From Octopus vulgaris (taxonomy: Eukaryota): a stretch of 64,000 nt of DNA. A model generated the notes under the pieces. That model searched no databases. It had not been told where the DNA came from and saw only the letters and a list, made by a program, of their open reading frames with translations. The stretch covers positions 118,854,001-118,918,000 of the forward strand of contig OX597815.1 of assembly GCA_951406725.2 (NCBI GenBank). Reading direction: 5' to 3'. This document shows, one piece after another, positions 12,647 to 26,815 of the stretch (positions are counted from its first letter, which is position 1; every line of letters starts with the position of its first letter). The translations under genes and the position numbers were made by a program.

Positions 12647-13848
12647 TATACCTTGACTTTACAAAAGCTTTTGATAAAGTGGATCATGGTATGATATGCC
12701 ACAAACTACGTGATCTCGGCATAGCTGGAAAACTTGCAGGTGGTTACATGACTTTCTGAAAAGTCAGGCATTAGTGGCCAATGGAGCCACCTCAAGAAAA
12801 ACGCAAATAGTGAGTGATGTTTCATAGGGCACTGTCTTGAGACCACTGCTTTTCATATTGGCCCTCTCAGACATGCCCTAAGCTGCCCGGATAGCCACCC
12901 TTGCTAGCTACGCAGACGACACGAAAGACTCGCAGAAAATACAGAACCCCAGCGATGTTGCACACCTGCAGCAAGAGTTGGACTCAATTTACAGATGAGC
13001 TGAGGACAATAATATGCAGTTTAATGCTGGAAAATCCAAGCCCTGCGCTACCAGCGCTCAAAACTGAATATAAAACTTACAGGATACACTGGCCCACAGG
13101 GGATAACAATCCCAGAGCCTAAATCAGTGCGGGTCTTGGGTATCGACATGAGTGATGATACCACTTTCCAAGAGCACATTGCCAGGATGGCGACAATGTG
13201 CAGATGACTGGCTGGATGGATCCCGAGAACCTTCAGAACAAGAGAGAAGGAAACCATGATGGTCTTCTGGGGGACATTCGTCATCAGTCGCTTGGACACT
13301 GTTGATCACCCAACAGTGTGAAATTAACAGAGGACCTTGAAGCAACCTAGCGAAGCTTCACAAGAAGACTGTCTCATTGCAACAGCTCAGTTACTGGGAT
13401 GGGCTGAAACAGCTAAGATTACTCCTTGGAGCGAAGGCGAGAGAGATATGCAGTAGTATACATTTGGAAGATCCTGGAGGGGATCGTGCCAGCTACATAA
13501 ATGCCAGACCGGGTCGCCACTGCACAGTGCCAAAGATTCCAGCAATGCCATCATGCTTCAAGACCAGCTACTGCAATAGCCTGGGTTTCGGGGGCCCGCA
13601 CCTCTTTAATATTCTTCCAAAGAGCCTGAGGGATCTACACAAAGTGGACCTACAGAAATCAGAACTGGATCTCTTCCTATCGAGAGTCTCAGATGAAGCT
13701 ACTTCGCGGCAGAGGTGCAAATGAGGGTAGCGACATCAAACTCCCTTATTCACCAAAAACCTCATATGAGAAGAGGCTCTCAATAATAACAGTGTAGCAA
13801 AACGGCCGTGCCCCAGCATGTCCGCAGCTTTGAGCTGAAACTAATAAA
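12647..13848 (+). mobile_element. CR1-group LINE fragment, decayed RT and 3' end
   Basis: YLDFTKAFDKVDH, GTVLRPLLF, SYADDTK, LSYWDGLKQL motifs with stops; a 3' end of the same family lies at about 29755-30010. Confidence 0.85.
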
Positions 13849-14057
13849 ACCTATGTGGTTAAGATGTTTGCTTTGCTACCACGTAGTTTCAGATTCGCTG
13901 CAACAGCGCAGCACTTGAGGCAAGTGCCTTCTATAATAGCCCCGGACCGATCAATGTCATGTAAGTGAATTTGGTAGGCGGAACTTGTGTTGAATCCCGC
14001 CTTGTATATGTGTGTGTGTGTGTGAGAGAGAGAGTGTGCGTGTGTGTGTGTGTGTAT

Positions 14058-14108
<51 letters not shown>

Positions 14109-14639
14109 TGCGCGTGTGTGTGTTCGTGTGTGAACGTTTTCCCCCATCATGGTTTTTGACAACCGGTGCTAGTTTGTTCATGTCCCTGTAACGTAGCGGT
14201 TCTGAAAAAGAAAACTGATAGAATAAGTACCAGATTTTAAAAAAAATAGTACTGGTGTCTATTTGCCCAACTAATCTCTTCAAGGTTGTGCACCAGTATG
14301 GCTGCAGTCCAGTGCTTGAAACAAGTAAAAGGTAAGCAGAGAAAGTAATAAAAAAAATAAACAATTAGAAAATGCAGATTTTTCAATTAATTGCTCAAGT
14401 AGTAAGAAGGCAATCTGTGTTTGAACAATTAAAATTTATTTACATTTAAGAGCAGTCATAAAATAAGCAATATACCAACAAAATGTTGAAAGTGAATCGA
14501 GGTCAAAAGTGTCTATGGTGTAATAAATAATTTCTCTAGGACTAGAGGAATTTGGTCTAAGTCAAATCAGAGTACACACTTGAAGAGGTCATTGTCGTAA
14601 TAAACACATCCATAGACGATCGTCTGTTGTTATGGTAAC

Positions 14640-15030
14640 ATTAAATACCTGTATCATGAAAATATATTTAAACATATCAATTGGAGATAAACCTTGATTT
14701 CTTACATAACGCAGTCACTTTATAAAGAGAATAGATAATGGGATCACTTGTATTTACCTTTCTGACAACACTAGTTCTTTATGGCAAGCTTGCGAGAGTT
14801 AGTTCCACCATAAAGGAAAGAAGACTGAGATTATGTGGACACTGCTATCGTAGCTAGGATGAAGTAGTGAGTGAACTGCTGGTGTGGGGGCCAACACATA
14901 AAAAGTGACTTTGCAGTCGATCTACTGGGACTTTTATTTACCAGCTGATTAAAGATTCTGGACTATTGAAAAGAAATGTAGGGGATGGAATTCTGGAGAA
15001 AATGGTTAATGGTGTTCGTGTGCAAACAAC
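14640..15030 (+). mobile_element. RTE-like LINE 3' remnant
   Basis: YGKLARVSSTIKERRLRLCGHCYRS*DEVVSELLVWGPTH near 14780-14900 matches the RRLR..GH motif of RTE ORF ends. Confidence 0.6.
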
Positions 15031-16600
15031 GTGCTAGGTAGAACTACACATATACATAGAAACGGAGTAGAATTATTATAAAAGACCTTTAGTGACATTA
15101 AAGCTTTCATTGATTGGCCCTTTCCGTCATTGGTAGCCGGTATTGCAGAGACAGTAACTTAACCATCTCTGCTGTATCTGAGTTGTTTTCAGAAGTAAAA
15201 ACAAAGTTGCCAACTCTTCCATTCATAGATACGCCACGAAAGAAAGACAGATCAATATGTCCGCAACATAAGTGGAGCTGCAGAGGATACCATATATTGG
15301 TTGAGTAAAAGCTTACATATCTGCATTAGGATCCCTCCTGCCGGACTTTCTTAGCCTTTTTAAAACGCTCGATAAATCATCTTACAATCCCTTGACATCG
15401 TTCATTAAAGATTTAACTCGTCAGTCAACTGATTAAAATTAAAACAAAAACATAATCGTATGAAAAAAAGATGAAAGGGTGAAAATGAAGAATGAATGTT
15501 TGACAACCGGTGCTGGTTTGTTTAGGTCCATGTGGCTTGGCGGTACGGTTTAAGAGGCCGACAGAATAATTTCCAGATTTAAAAGCAAGTGCTGGGGGCG
15601 GTTTATTCAACTAAGACCTTCAAGACCGTGCACCAGCATGACCGCAATCACTGGACTGAAACGAGTAAAATAAGATAAAAGAAGATACTTACTAAATTAG
15701 CGGCAAAGTCAATAGAGTTCTGAGCTTCAGCTTTTAAAGATGTCATCGGTTCAACTCTTTCAACTGCGTTACGATGAATATCTGGCGTTGAAAACTAAGT
15801 AATCATATCCTCTTAGCAGTAAATGAAGATCGAGAGGAAAATAAAGCTAAGTTATATAACCGAATGCTATCTAACTCTTTAACTCTATTTACTCTTGGGT
15901 TTAATAAATCATAATAAATCCTCTTATCACTTATACCTATGGCTTCTACACTTGGCGCACCCATCCTCTGTTGTGAATTTTCTGAACATCTCACTTAAAC
16001 TGCCTACAATTATGATTCGCCGATTGTAGCCCAGCCCGCATTAGCGGTATATTATTCGTTCAGCTTTCAGATGCTGTGATACACATCAAGATAGTAGCAT
16101 GTCTTTGTTTACCTGTTTTAATTATGATATAAACTGAAGACTTGAGGGATTCTTTGTAAAGTATTGCATAATCTTCAGGATATAGCACGTCTATAAATGG
16201 CAGAGTCGACCTCGGCAGAATTTGAACTCAGAACGTAAAGACAGACGAAATACCTATTTCTTTACTACCCACAAGGGGCCAAACACAGAGAGGACAAACA
16301 AGGACAGACAAACAGATTAAGTCGATTATATCGACCCCAGTGTGTAAATGGTACTTATTTGATCGACCCCGAAAGGATGAAAGGCAAAGTCGACCTCGGC
16401 GGAATTTGAACTCAGAACATCAAGACAGACGAAATACGGCTACGCATTTTGCCCGGGGCGCTAACGTTTCTACCAGCTTGCCGCCTTACTTCTGCTAAAT
16501 ATCAAAAAAATATATATATATACGCATACTCATATTTTGAGTTCCATTTTCCTCTTTGCATCAACACATCTGTATGTGTGTGTGCATGCGCGCGCATGTG

Positions 16601-16659
<59 letters not shown>

Positions 16660-16679
16660 ATGTGTGGACACTTAGACAT

Positions 16680-17400
16680 ATGTGTAAAAAATAAGTCGCC
16701 CAAATTCCAGGTCTTCCCACTCTACCTATGTTCAGCGAATACCACAGAGGAAGAACGGATAAATGCTTTCATACAAAATACAAACCAAGACTTAACAAAC
16801 TTCAACAGAGTACACACACAAATAACGATGCACACACAAAATTGTTTCTGCTACTTATCATGAGGAAGCTACACAGCTAACAACCTAAATTTTAACCACT
16901 GCCCTACATACAAACAACTCCTATCCACTCTCCCACCAGGCAGATTAAATTTGGAGTACCTAGATTACAACTAAATATGTTCACTCAACCATGTCGGGGA
17001 GCGTACAAAAAAGTTATGAACTTAATCATGCAACCACTCTCTACAAACACTTGACAGAAAAAAATTCAGAGCACTGATTGTTTGGAGATGTTCAGTCAAC
17101 CGTGTCAGCCTTAACTTACGACGCCAAACATTGTTATTTGATAATAACACACGGACATAGAGGGGAACCTGCAAAGATTTCTAAGACCAGTCATGTAACT
17201 ATCCTCTATCAATCAAATCCTATTCAAAACACACTAATTTGAGCCATGAACTCCTTATAAAAATAGGGCAAGCTTCAAACAGTAGTGAGAAACAAGACAG
17301 CTGTGACATAAGCCAAGTCTTTCTATTTTAAATTTCTGAAAATCAGCGTAAACTGAAACCGGTTAAACCTTTAAATATAATAATGAAAAATATTTTAACT
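16680..17400 (+). mobile_element. Penelope-like 3' fragment
   Basis: KFQVFPLYLCSANTTEEER..FIQ/KPRLN GIY-YIG C-terminus (16693-16796); degenerate hammerhead CTGAAAA...GAAACCGGTT near 17336-17365. Confidence 0.55.
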
Positions 17401-17412
17401 ATTTTCAGTGCA

Positions 17413-18099
17413 GGATCTTTACGTTTTGACCGACAAATTTAAAAGATAATTTTTTGTAACTAAACACTTTCAAACTCCGGACACTGGTAGAATGTGTCAT
17501 ATAAAACATTTTTTACTCTTAGCGTTTTTGAGAAAAGTTTATATTTAGGAAGTTATTTCTAGTTAAAGTTGTAGTATTTCGGTAATCTCAACCAATCTAT
17601 GACGTGTATTGAAGTGAATAAAATTACTGCTGTCGTTTGTCAACAAGAACTTCCAGCGGTGTATATTTCGTTTGTCACTGTTATTTATGACAACCCGAAC
17701 CCTAAAACCTTAACCCTAACCCTAACCCTAAAACCCTAACCTCAAAACCTTAACCCTAACCCTAACACTAAAACCCTAACCCTAACCCTAACCCTAAAAC
17801 CCTAAAACCCTAACCCTAGCCCTAAAACCCTAACCCTAAACCTTAACCCTAACCCTAAAACCTTAAAGCTAAAACCACTACAAACGTACGAACGATGTCA
17901 TAAATAACAGTGACAAACGAAAAGCACACTGCCGATAGTTGTTGTTTGACGTGAAATTACTTCGTAAATATAAACTTTTCTCAAAAAAGCTAAGAGTAAA
18001 AAATGTTTTATATGACACTTTCTACCAGTGTCCGAAGTTTGAAAGTGTTCAGTTACAAAAAATTCTTTTTTAAATCTGTTGGTCAAATGGTAAAGATCC
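17413..18099. mobile_element. Fold-back transposon with about 180 bp (CCCTAA/CCCTAAAA)n core
   Basis: Arms 17413-17691 and 17895-18099 (right arm internally deleted), termini GGATCTTTAC...GTAAAGATCC; telomeric array about 17694-17876; no TSD. Confidence 0.85.
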
Positions 18100-18107
18100 C
18101 CTAAGAT

Positions 18108-18732
18108 ATCACTCACATCATAAGTAGTTGTCCGAAAACGTCATCACAGTAATATCTACCAATGAGATATAATGTTGTAGCTAGGACACTGTGTAACAAG
18201 ATCCGTCGAAAGAATAACCCCGAGGAAAAGAAATAAGAACCCACAGTAAAGTGGAAACCATAGCTACTCATAATAAAAAGGAGTACTGGTAGAGTGTCTC
18301 GGTGAAAACCCCAATAAAATTAGAACACAATAGACTTGTTATAATGATGTGGAATAGTGAAGAGAAACTGTAGTTGTGGAAATCAGCTGCTCAGTGAATG
18401 TTAATATAAAGCTGAAGATCAACGAAAAAGAGAATACCCACGCTGAACTATTGAGAAATCTGCAGTTACTCTATCCAGATTACAAGCTGAGGGCCCTGGG
18501 ATGTGTAACACACTGCCTAAATACCAATCTTGAGAAATTAGGCTTCTCAAAACCAGAAAGGAGAAAACTGATTCGAAGACTACAGACCCAATCCATCACT
18601 GGAGTTGTAAAAATTTGTAAAACTTTCCAGAAGCTTATCATTTAAGTATACACGAGCATGTCTAGATATGCAAGTATATGCATCAGAAGACATACATAAA
18701 ATAACACATATAAATGTGCACGTATGCATGCA

Positions 18733-18766
<34 letters not shown>

Positions 18767-18890
18767 CATACATATATACATACCCTGTTACTGATGTAGA
18801 AATTCCAATGAAGGAGCCTTGGATCTAGGTTGGAAACCGGCTCTTTCTCTATTGGCAAGAAATCTTGAAATATAACTGAATAATGACATA
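18108..18890 (+). mobile_element. R4/Dong-like non-LTR retrotransposon 3' fragment (restriction-like endonuclease region)
   Basis: HIISSCPK zinc-knuckle end, EISC..NVNIKLKINEKENTHAELLRNLQLLYPDYK, ALG..., RLQTQSITGVVKICKTF; related copies at about 20320-20495(+) and 57700-58021(-). Confidence 0.7.
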
Positions 18891-18896
18891 CATGCA

Positions 18897-19377
18897 TGTA
18901 GTGACCCTATAGCGGTGCGCGCTCGCGCACCGTCCATTTGTATTTCGCACGTGTTGGTGCCTTTACCAAGGCAGAGAGAGGAAGGGCCCTCTCGCGCATG
19001 CGCGAACCACCGGAAGCACGACCCGCTTGCCTATCGTGGTATTTAGCGAGGCAAGGGGGTCGTAGAACGTTTGACCACTAGCAGCAGTCATCGGGGACTT
19101 GGGACAGCAGCGATTGAAGGAGACGGTCACGCATATTTTCTCTCCGTTCGAACTTGCTTCTAGCAGTCCTTACCAAAAGGCCTTTAACCTGGATTGTTGC
19201 AGACATCATCTTCTTCCTCCGGACGCCATTTTGACCCTTTCTGTTTTGGCGGCTGAACATTGTAAATATTACAATCGATTAACTTTCAGCCTGGATTATT
19301 AAAGCAACGGCTAGTGATTGCTTTCTTGTACCCCGAAAGTACAAGACAAGATATTCACACTCTCGAAGCTCGTTACA
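18897..19377 (+). mobile_element. Solo LTR (Gypsy-like)
   Basis: Termini TGTAGTGA...TCGTTACA, 4-bp TSD TGCA on both sides, ATTAAA near 19298, CpG-rich interior. Confidence 0.75.
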
Positions 19378-19440
19378 TGCATATAAACATAAATAACAAA
19401 TGAAAGACAGAAGATGGAATATACAAATATATATTATTAA

Positions 19441-19541
19441 TCACAACAATTGTTTCGACACATCTAGCATCGACTACTCTGTGGGACGCACAAAAACTGG
19501 TTCAGGAGTATCCGGTAGTGCAGACGTATCTCGTCGGGTGA
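19441..19541 (-). ncRNA. Hammerhead-like motif (PLE terminal repeat), CCGACGA core
   Basis: Minus strand UCAC-CCGACGA-GAUACGUCU...AGAUGUGUC-GAAAC-AAUU-GUU-GUGA: stem I, 9-bp stem II, palindromic loop III. Confidence 0.65.
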
Positions 19542-20495
19542 TAAATAAATAATAAAAAAACTCATTAAAACGACTGTTCCATAATGCAACTTTCCGTTTT
19601 GTAGAGAGAAAAACCACCAGACGGAAGAAAATTCTTCAAATACACAGAACATCCAAAAATAAAATTGCAGAAGACAAAAAGAGAAATGAACACTTAATCC
19701 AGCTAGCAAAAGTATTGAAAATAACCGTCAACAGATATGTATGTATAAACGCCATCGGGCAAGCTACATGGCACGAGTACACAAGCTCATACAAGCATTA
19801 GCAAAAATGTGAGCATTAGCACACGCGAGGTTAGGCGCACTCATGATTTCAAAGCGAGTTAGATATTTAGCAGATGTTTAGAAGAACGCGAAGGTTTAAA
19901 GTAAACATAAATACAAACAGCTTCTATCCGGATTACAAATTTACATTTATTCCAATAATAACTGGTGCACATGGTTTCTTAAGCTAATCCTTAACTGTCT
20001 GTCTGGTTAACCTTGGATTTTTAGAAAAAGAAAATCAACCAACTGACTCTCACATTGCAAATACATTATCTTGTTAAGGTTATTTCTTCAGATATTTGAT
20101 AGAACCTATAGCCAACACTGATTTTTCTACAACGTTTCGTATCGAGACATCAAATATTATCAGACAATGTGATCGAAGACAACAGTTGGTAATGAGTGTA
20201 TATACCATATTTCGGGAGTTGTTGTCCCTTCTTCAGCACTCATCTAACCCACTATTGCCTCCGAACACTGCTTATATAGCCACCGCATACAGCGGTGTTA
20301 AGTTATTGGATATTGTCTTTGCCTAACGAAGTACAACGTACCTGCAAATCTTAAATGATTACAAATACAATCTCTAAGCGGAACAGTCAAACTATCAAAT
20401 ATGCCATTGATTTCGTTAACTGCAGTCCAACGACGGACCTTTGTATCGCTGTTAGAAACCAGCCCCTTCTTCAAAGAAAGAATTAAAATAATCAG

Positions 20496-20815
20496 ATACA
20501 TACATACATACATACATACATACATACATACATACATACATACATACATACACACACATACATACGTACATACATACATACATACACACACACATACATA
20601 CGTACGTACGTACATACATACATACATACATACATACATACATACATACATACATACATACATACATGCATGCATACATACATACACACACACATACATA
20701 CGTACGTACGTACATACATACATACATACATACATACATACATACATACATACATACATACATACATACATACATACATACATACATACATACATACATA
20801 CATACATACATACAT
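20496..20815. repeat. (TACA)n microsatellite
   Basis: Direct reading. Similar arrays at about 24312-24386, 47928-48072, 53075-53222, 53591-53720, 57628-57697, 58022-58088. Confidence 0.95.
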
Positions 20816-22318
20816 GACTTGTAGACGAGTATGACTATCGCTGATAAAGTAATGCATATGCAAAATTTTTGGTCCAATAAGGTTTGCTCGACTTCTGATA
20901 GACTCTCTTCACCCTACTGACATGATCGAAACTCAAGCCGAAATAAAATATCTAATGTCTGTACAAATCGGAGGCTCAGGAATAAGGGAGCTTCATGATT
21001 TTAAGCGCAAGTAAAGATCCCTAAAAAGGTCAATGCCATCCCTTGCATATCCAATTTTATATCAGAGTAACCTTCCAGCGATGGTCTTTGACAATGCCGA
21101 GGGATGTCTCACTTCCAGTTGTCTCCAACACCCTGGATACCAATCCATACATTTCTGAGTGCTCATGCTATTACTAGAAAGTCGTTGAACCTACACTAAT
21201 TTCTTTTATTCGGCACACAAGCCATGACAGAGGGGACAACACAAGGAGATAACAAAATCATTTAGGGGCTGGGGTAATACCTTAGTTAAAAAAAATCGAA
21301 TATAATGAAATCGGATGAATTTACACATTACAATGAAATCGAATTGAATTGAAAAATTATACATTGATCCTACACATCCGTCATTTAGACAGGTTTTATT
21401 TTACTTCCGCTGGGTACAACCTTCTTCACCGGTTTAGTGCTGACGACTCTACCATGCAACAGGTTGTACAAGATTGCATGTTACTACTGGCACACGTAAG
21501 AAATCTCATAAGTGACCTCACATACATGACTATACACACACACACACGACAGATTTCACCGCAATTTCTGTCTACCGAATTTCAGTCACACCGTTCTAGC
21601 CAATAATAGAGGTAAGCTTCCTCTATTAGAGAGCCCTGCTATATGTGCATCGTAATCAGTTGCATCAAGTGCAATGGGAACATTAACCCACTTCCTAAGA
21701 ATGACACAACAGGATATTGAAACAGGATTGTAAAGTCTTTTTGTAAAGAAATACACCGGAATTTCCGTCTTTGGTAGTCCGGTTGGGTACTATCAATGCG
21801 ATAAGTATAAAAATAGAATCATTTAGATCAATTACTATTTATGATAAAGAATATAGAGAAACAACTACCGCGTTATATCCGTGTTCGTGTAATTTTAATA
21901 CTCTATTTTTTCGACGATTTTACCTTTCGTCTGTCATGCGTTGTTATTGTTCAACATCGTGTGATCCATTATTGAGAAGATCTAGATCAAAGGCAATCCA
22001 GCTATGACCACGCTAATCATTTTAAGGATTCGTAAGACTACATTATCTTCAATGTGTCTTTTTCATTCCTAAAAACGGTAGGATGTGTTATAAGGGAAAT
22101 TTGATTGCTATTTTTAGCAACCGAATCGACTGATCACGTAAAGGGTCCCTTCGTTTAAATCGTTCGGCTGATGTTTATTTATTTCAAAACCAATATTATA
22201 TTGTTTATCTGAGAAATAATTAAGTACTGGACCGTCGAGAAAAATTTCGAGACCTAGAAGAAATCTGCTTTCAGACTCTGAGAAGAGCCTTCCCCACCCA
22301 CAATTGAGGAGGGCCTTC

Positions 22319-22402
<84 letters not shown>

Positions 22403-22765
22403 CCCCGAGTTGATAGCCACGAGCTTCTTCTTGTACCTCCTGCATTGTTATTGGCCCTGTTAGGTATAAAATTCTTCCACACTAGACGTCGTTAAATTGC
22501 GGCATCTAACAATAGCTCAAGTGTGATCCAACGTCTTCTCTCACTTTCTTCCTTCTAATAAATGATTTATTCAATATCATTTCAAATCAACAATACATGC
22601 GCTTTCCTCCATAGCCGTATATACATCGTCAACTCTAAAAACATTATCTGTTGCTCAGCCTATTTTTAAAAACATCTCTCTCGAACTTTTGGTTTCATAA
22701 GATCGATTATCCAGTTGCCATGACGTATAAGAGACCGAGATCGCAACATTCCCTCTGAACGGGAC

Positions 22766-23272
22766 GCGAAATTTTTTTCCTACGAGGGTTCCCGACCCCA
22801 ATAATGAACTCATTTCCATACAGCCAATCAGCCTTGTTGTCAAGTTAACAAACACACTCTATCAAGTAAACTCAAGACGAGGAATGGTGTTGTAAGTCAA
22901 CCGATCGCCAAGTTATTTCTGATTTTAGGAGACAAATAATTAAATAGATTTGAATCTATACCTATTATCGGATTTTGTTAGGGCCCCGTATGGTAAAGAT
23001 GTGGATGGGAAAAAATGTGGGTAGAGGGTGATGTGCTAGCAACCCTCTCCCCTTACTGTTTTAAAAGTAAACTACAGCACAAATAACTACGCAGAGGCAG
23101 CCATGGTTGAAACAATAACAACAAGTATTATTAAAATAGAAAAAAAAACATGGTCATACCTTATCGCCCTTGTTATGCGCTCGTAAATTAGTTTGATAGT
23201 TGAGCTCTGACTGGCTGTATGCAAATGAGTTCATAACTGGAGTCCGGAACTCTAGTGGGAAAAAAATTTCGC
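22766..23272. mobile_element. TIR DNA element (about 65-bp TIRs), copy 1
   Basis: GCGAAATTTTTTTCC...CAGCCAATCAG is inverted at about 23208-23272; a second copy lies at about 51025-51577 in the opposite orientation. Confidence 0.75.
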
Positions 23273-23893
23273 GAACGGGACGCCGGTCCGTTGCGGTGTT
23301 CAAAGATAGAAATTTTGAGGGGAGGGAGAGACAAGTCGATTCCATCGATCTCTGTCTATACTAGCTGGTACTTTTGTTTTATCGACCCCAAAAGGATGAA
23401 AGGTAAAGTTGGCCTCGGCGGGATTTGAACTTAGAACGTTAAAAGTCGAAAAAAAAAAATAGATGCCGTTACGCATTTTATAAGAAGCGCTAATGACTCC
23501 TCTACTTTGCCACCCCATTGTTCAGCCTAATATATTACCTTTAAAGAGTCAACTTGTATACACCCTACAAATGGGGACATGATAATTTATTTCATCAGCT
23601 GTTGCAATAATTAAGTTTCATAAGATTTTTACGTGAAGGCGCAAGATATAGTGTTGAGAGGTTTGAGGATTCAAAGAGCCAAGATCTTAAAGTCATCATT
23701 TCGATTCTCAAACCGGCCGACACTTTGGGCTCTTGAGCAAAACACTTAATTGTTCCTTTCCCCTCAAATGAATACCAGCAATAGTTGGGATTCATCCTGT
23801 AACAGACTGGTGTTCCATTCAGGAAGGGTGGCGAAGGAATTATAACTCCGTTCGTCGCTTGTACACCATAAGAACCAAAATAAGATCTGGCAC

Positions 23894-24131
23894 TAATAAG
23901 CTCGTACGTTCGAGGATAAACCGATTTAAAACTAAACCTAGGATACTGCAATAAGACAAACCGAAAACAAAACAATAATTTACAACACATTTTGCAAATG
24001 TTGGTATAACCTTAATAAGCTCGTACGTTCGAGGATAAACCGATTTAAAACTAAACCTAGTATACTGCAATAAGACAAACCGAAAACAAAACAATAATTT
24101 ACAACACATTTTGCGAATGTTGGTATAACCT
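23894..24131. repeat. 119-bp tandem duplication
   Basis: 23894-24012 and 24013-24131 differ at only two positions that I could see. Confidence 0.9.
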
Positions 24132-25803
24132 ATCTCTGATAATATAACAATCAATAGCTAGTGCCATAGTTTTCAATTATTATATCGCAGATATTTGAAA
24201 TTCCGTTGACACAGATACATGTGAATGCAGAGACATACGCATACATATAAAGATATATACATATAAACATATTTGTATGTATGTGTGTGTGTGTATACCT
24301 ATATGTAATGCATGTATGTATGTATGTATGTATGTATGTATGTATGTATGTATGTATGTATGTATGTATGTATGTATGTATGTATGTATATCTATATGTA
24401 TGGCTGTATGCATACATGTCTGTCTGAATGTATGTACATATGTAAGTATATCTGTATGTCTACCTGTGTGCATGGCTGCATGCATGTATGTATGTCTGTT
24501 TGTGTTTATATGTCTGTCTGTATGTATGTATGCATGTATTAAAATCAAAATTTAAGTCCCAAAACTCGCTTTAGAAATTACTTCTGAAAGATTTCACAGA
24601 AATATAAACGTTGATATTATATTTCATTCAGACTGTCCGATCAATTCGAAATTCAAAATTCTTTTTGTTTTGCCTTCATTACTACTATCTATTGATTTTG
24701 AACAGAAAATATGAAAACTTGGATTAAATAGGATAAGTTTTTGGAGATATTACAGAGTAATCATTAAGTCTTAAATAAAATATATAATGGGCGCAAGGAA
24801 ATTAGAATGAAATGATTCAGACTATGCATTTAGTGACAGGAGAGAGAAAAAAAAAATCATTACTAATTCCATTATAATAACGGGACAAGGGAGGTAACTA
24901 CGAAATTTTAATTGATTTAATTAAGAGTGAGGGTTAAGTAACATACTTTGTGACTGATAAATTATTGTTTTCCAAGCTCGTATTCAAACGAATTTCACTG
25001 TAAGAGACACTTATAGCAAGTGAAGTTCGCGAATTCGTACTGGGGTCGATCTAATCTACAGACCCCCCCCCCCACCAAATTTCAAGCTTTGTGTCTATAG
25101 TAGAAAGGATTACTGCAATCAACTTTTTAAAATTCATATGGGACACAAAAACGCTTCCTCGCCGTATGAACACGTAGAGAACAGATCCAACAGTACCATT
25201 TGAAATTATCATGAAGTTTACACAATTGTTTTACCAAATGTTCATATTTTATCACCCGAGAATCCACACTGGCATTTAAACCTCTTAACAGATGATAGAT
25301 ATTCAGATTTTCTTATCAACTGCATGTATAGTAATTAGATTTAACAAATCGGTAAACTGATATGATACGTAAATTGTGTACAGGTGTCAAGAAGGGCAAA
25401 GAATGACCTTCTGCTCATCCCCCGGAATCGATAAAATTACGTACCAGTCAAATACTGACATCAATAAAATCGGCGAACCTCTACCTTCAAATTTGAAACC
25501 TGTGCCTATGCTAGAAATAGGCACAGGAGATCATATATCGAACAGACAGATGAACAGTGAATGACAGGGAATAAAGTCACAGTAATAAGTCACAATTTTG
25601 GCTAGAAAAAATGACACAATTTATGGGATCTGGACAGAACCCCCTCGGACAACCCCACCCTCCCGACAAGACCCCTGATACTTTTTTCTGTGACTTCTTT
25701 TCCTGTGACGTTTTTACCTGTGACATTTTTTTTTACCTAGATTCGAACAGTGGTATACAGCTGTATAACTTTGAAGATGCAAAAGCATCTACAGAGAGAT
25801 ATT

Positions 25804-26305
25804 GGATCTTTTCCTTTTGAACGGCAGATTTCAACACAATTTCTAGTTAACTAAACACTTTTAAACTTCGTATACTGGTTGAATGTGTCAAAAGAAAACA
25901 TTATTTTCACTTGGCTTTCTTGATAAATTTGTAATTCGTTTGTTTAACGTAGTTTAATTTTTCGAATTTTAACCAATCATATGCTCTCTTTTGAGATAAA
26001 ATCATTTGCTGCGTCTAAAACTGAGACAAAATTTAGGGTTAGGGGGAGGGGGAGGGGGTTAATTACAGGATGTTGTCTCAGTTTTAGACGCAGCAAATGT
26101 TTACCTAAATGGAGGTAATCGATTGGTTAAAATTGCCGAAATGCTCGGATTTTCAGACGAAATATGTTACAACATATAGAACTTTCTCAATAAAGCCCAG
26201 AAAAAATGATGTTTTATAGACACATTCTACCAATATACGAAGTTTAAAAGTGTTTAAGTTAACTAGAAATTGTGTTGACATCTGCCGTTCAAAAGGAAAA
26301 GATCC
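25804..26305. mobile_element. Fold-back transposon with short TTAGGG/G-run core
   Basis: TIRs GGATCTTTTCCTTTTGAACGGCAGA...TCTGCCGTTCAAAAGGAAAAGATCC; exact 8-bp TSD GAGATATT (25796-25803, 26306-26313); core TTTAGGGTTAGGGGGAGGGGGAGGGGG at 26032-26058. Confidence 0.88.
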
Positions 26306-26429
26306 GAGATATTTTCATATGTGTCAGTATGGTTGTGTAAATTTAACTTGGGGATCCTGACTCAGAAGTAGTCTACCGTCCCACGTAGAATTGAGGACTT
26401 TACAGCGATATCAATTTAGTTGGATATTA

Positions 26430-26815
26430 ATGACATCGTTCGTGCGTTTGTACTGGTTTTAAGGTTTTAGGGTTAGGGTTTTAAGGTTAGGGTTTTAGGG
26501 TTAGGGTTTTAGATTGAGGGTTTTAGGGTTAGGGTTGTCATAAATAACAGTGACAAGCGAAATATGCACCGCCGGAAGTTCTTGTTGACAAACAACAGCA
26601 GTAATTTTATTCAGCCGAATACACGTCATTGATTGGTTGAAATTACCGTAATACGACAACTTTAACGTGAAATAACTTCGTAAATATAAGTTTTTCTCAA
26701 AAATGCTAAGAGTAAAAGATGTTTTATATGACACATTCACCAGTGTCCGAAGTTTGAAAGTGTTTAGTTACAAAAAATTATTTTTTAAATCTGTAGGTCA
26801 AAAGGTAAAGATGCC
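26430..26815 (-). mobile_element. Half copy of the telomere-core fold-back element
   Basis: (TTAGGG/TTTTAGGG)n at about 26456-26536 followed by one full arm ending GGTAAAGATGCC; orientation opposite to 17413 and 33210. Confidence 0.82.

Noticed and set aside
17694-17876. Telomeric arrays as a chromosome end or fusion site
   Set aside because: Each array is short, degenerate and lies within transposon arms; no head-to-head TTAGGG/CCCTAA junction.
20298-20877. Long ORFs of YIHT/MYVC/YI/HT/CV type here and across the window
   Set aside because: Translations of (TACA)n, (TA)n, (CA)n and (ATCT)n microsatellites; no coding evidence.
23894-24131. CRISPR-like or prokaryotic repeat system
   Set aside because: Eukaryotic context; simple two-unit duplication without spacers and no cas-like ORFs anywhere in the window.
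25560-25744. Short GTCACA/TGTGAC repeats suggesting a DNA transposon with subterminal repeats
   Set aside because: Termini and TSD could not be defined.
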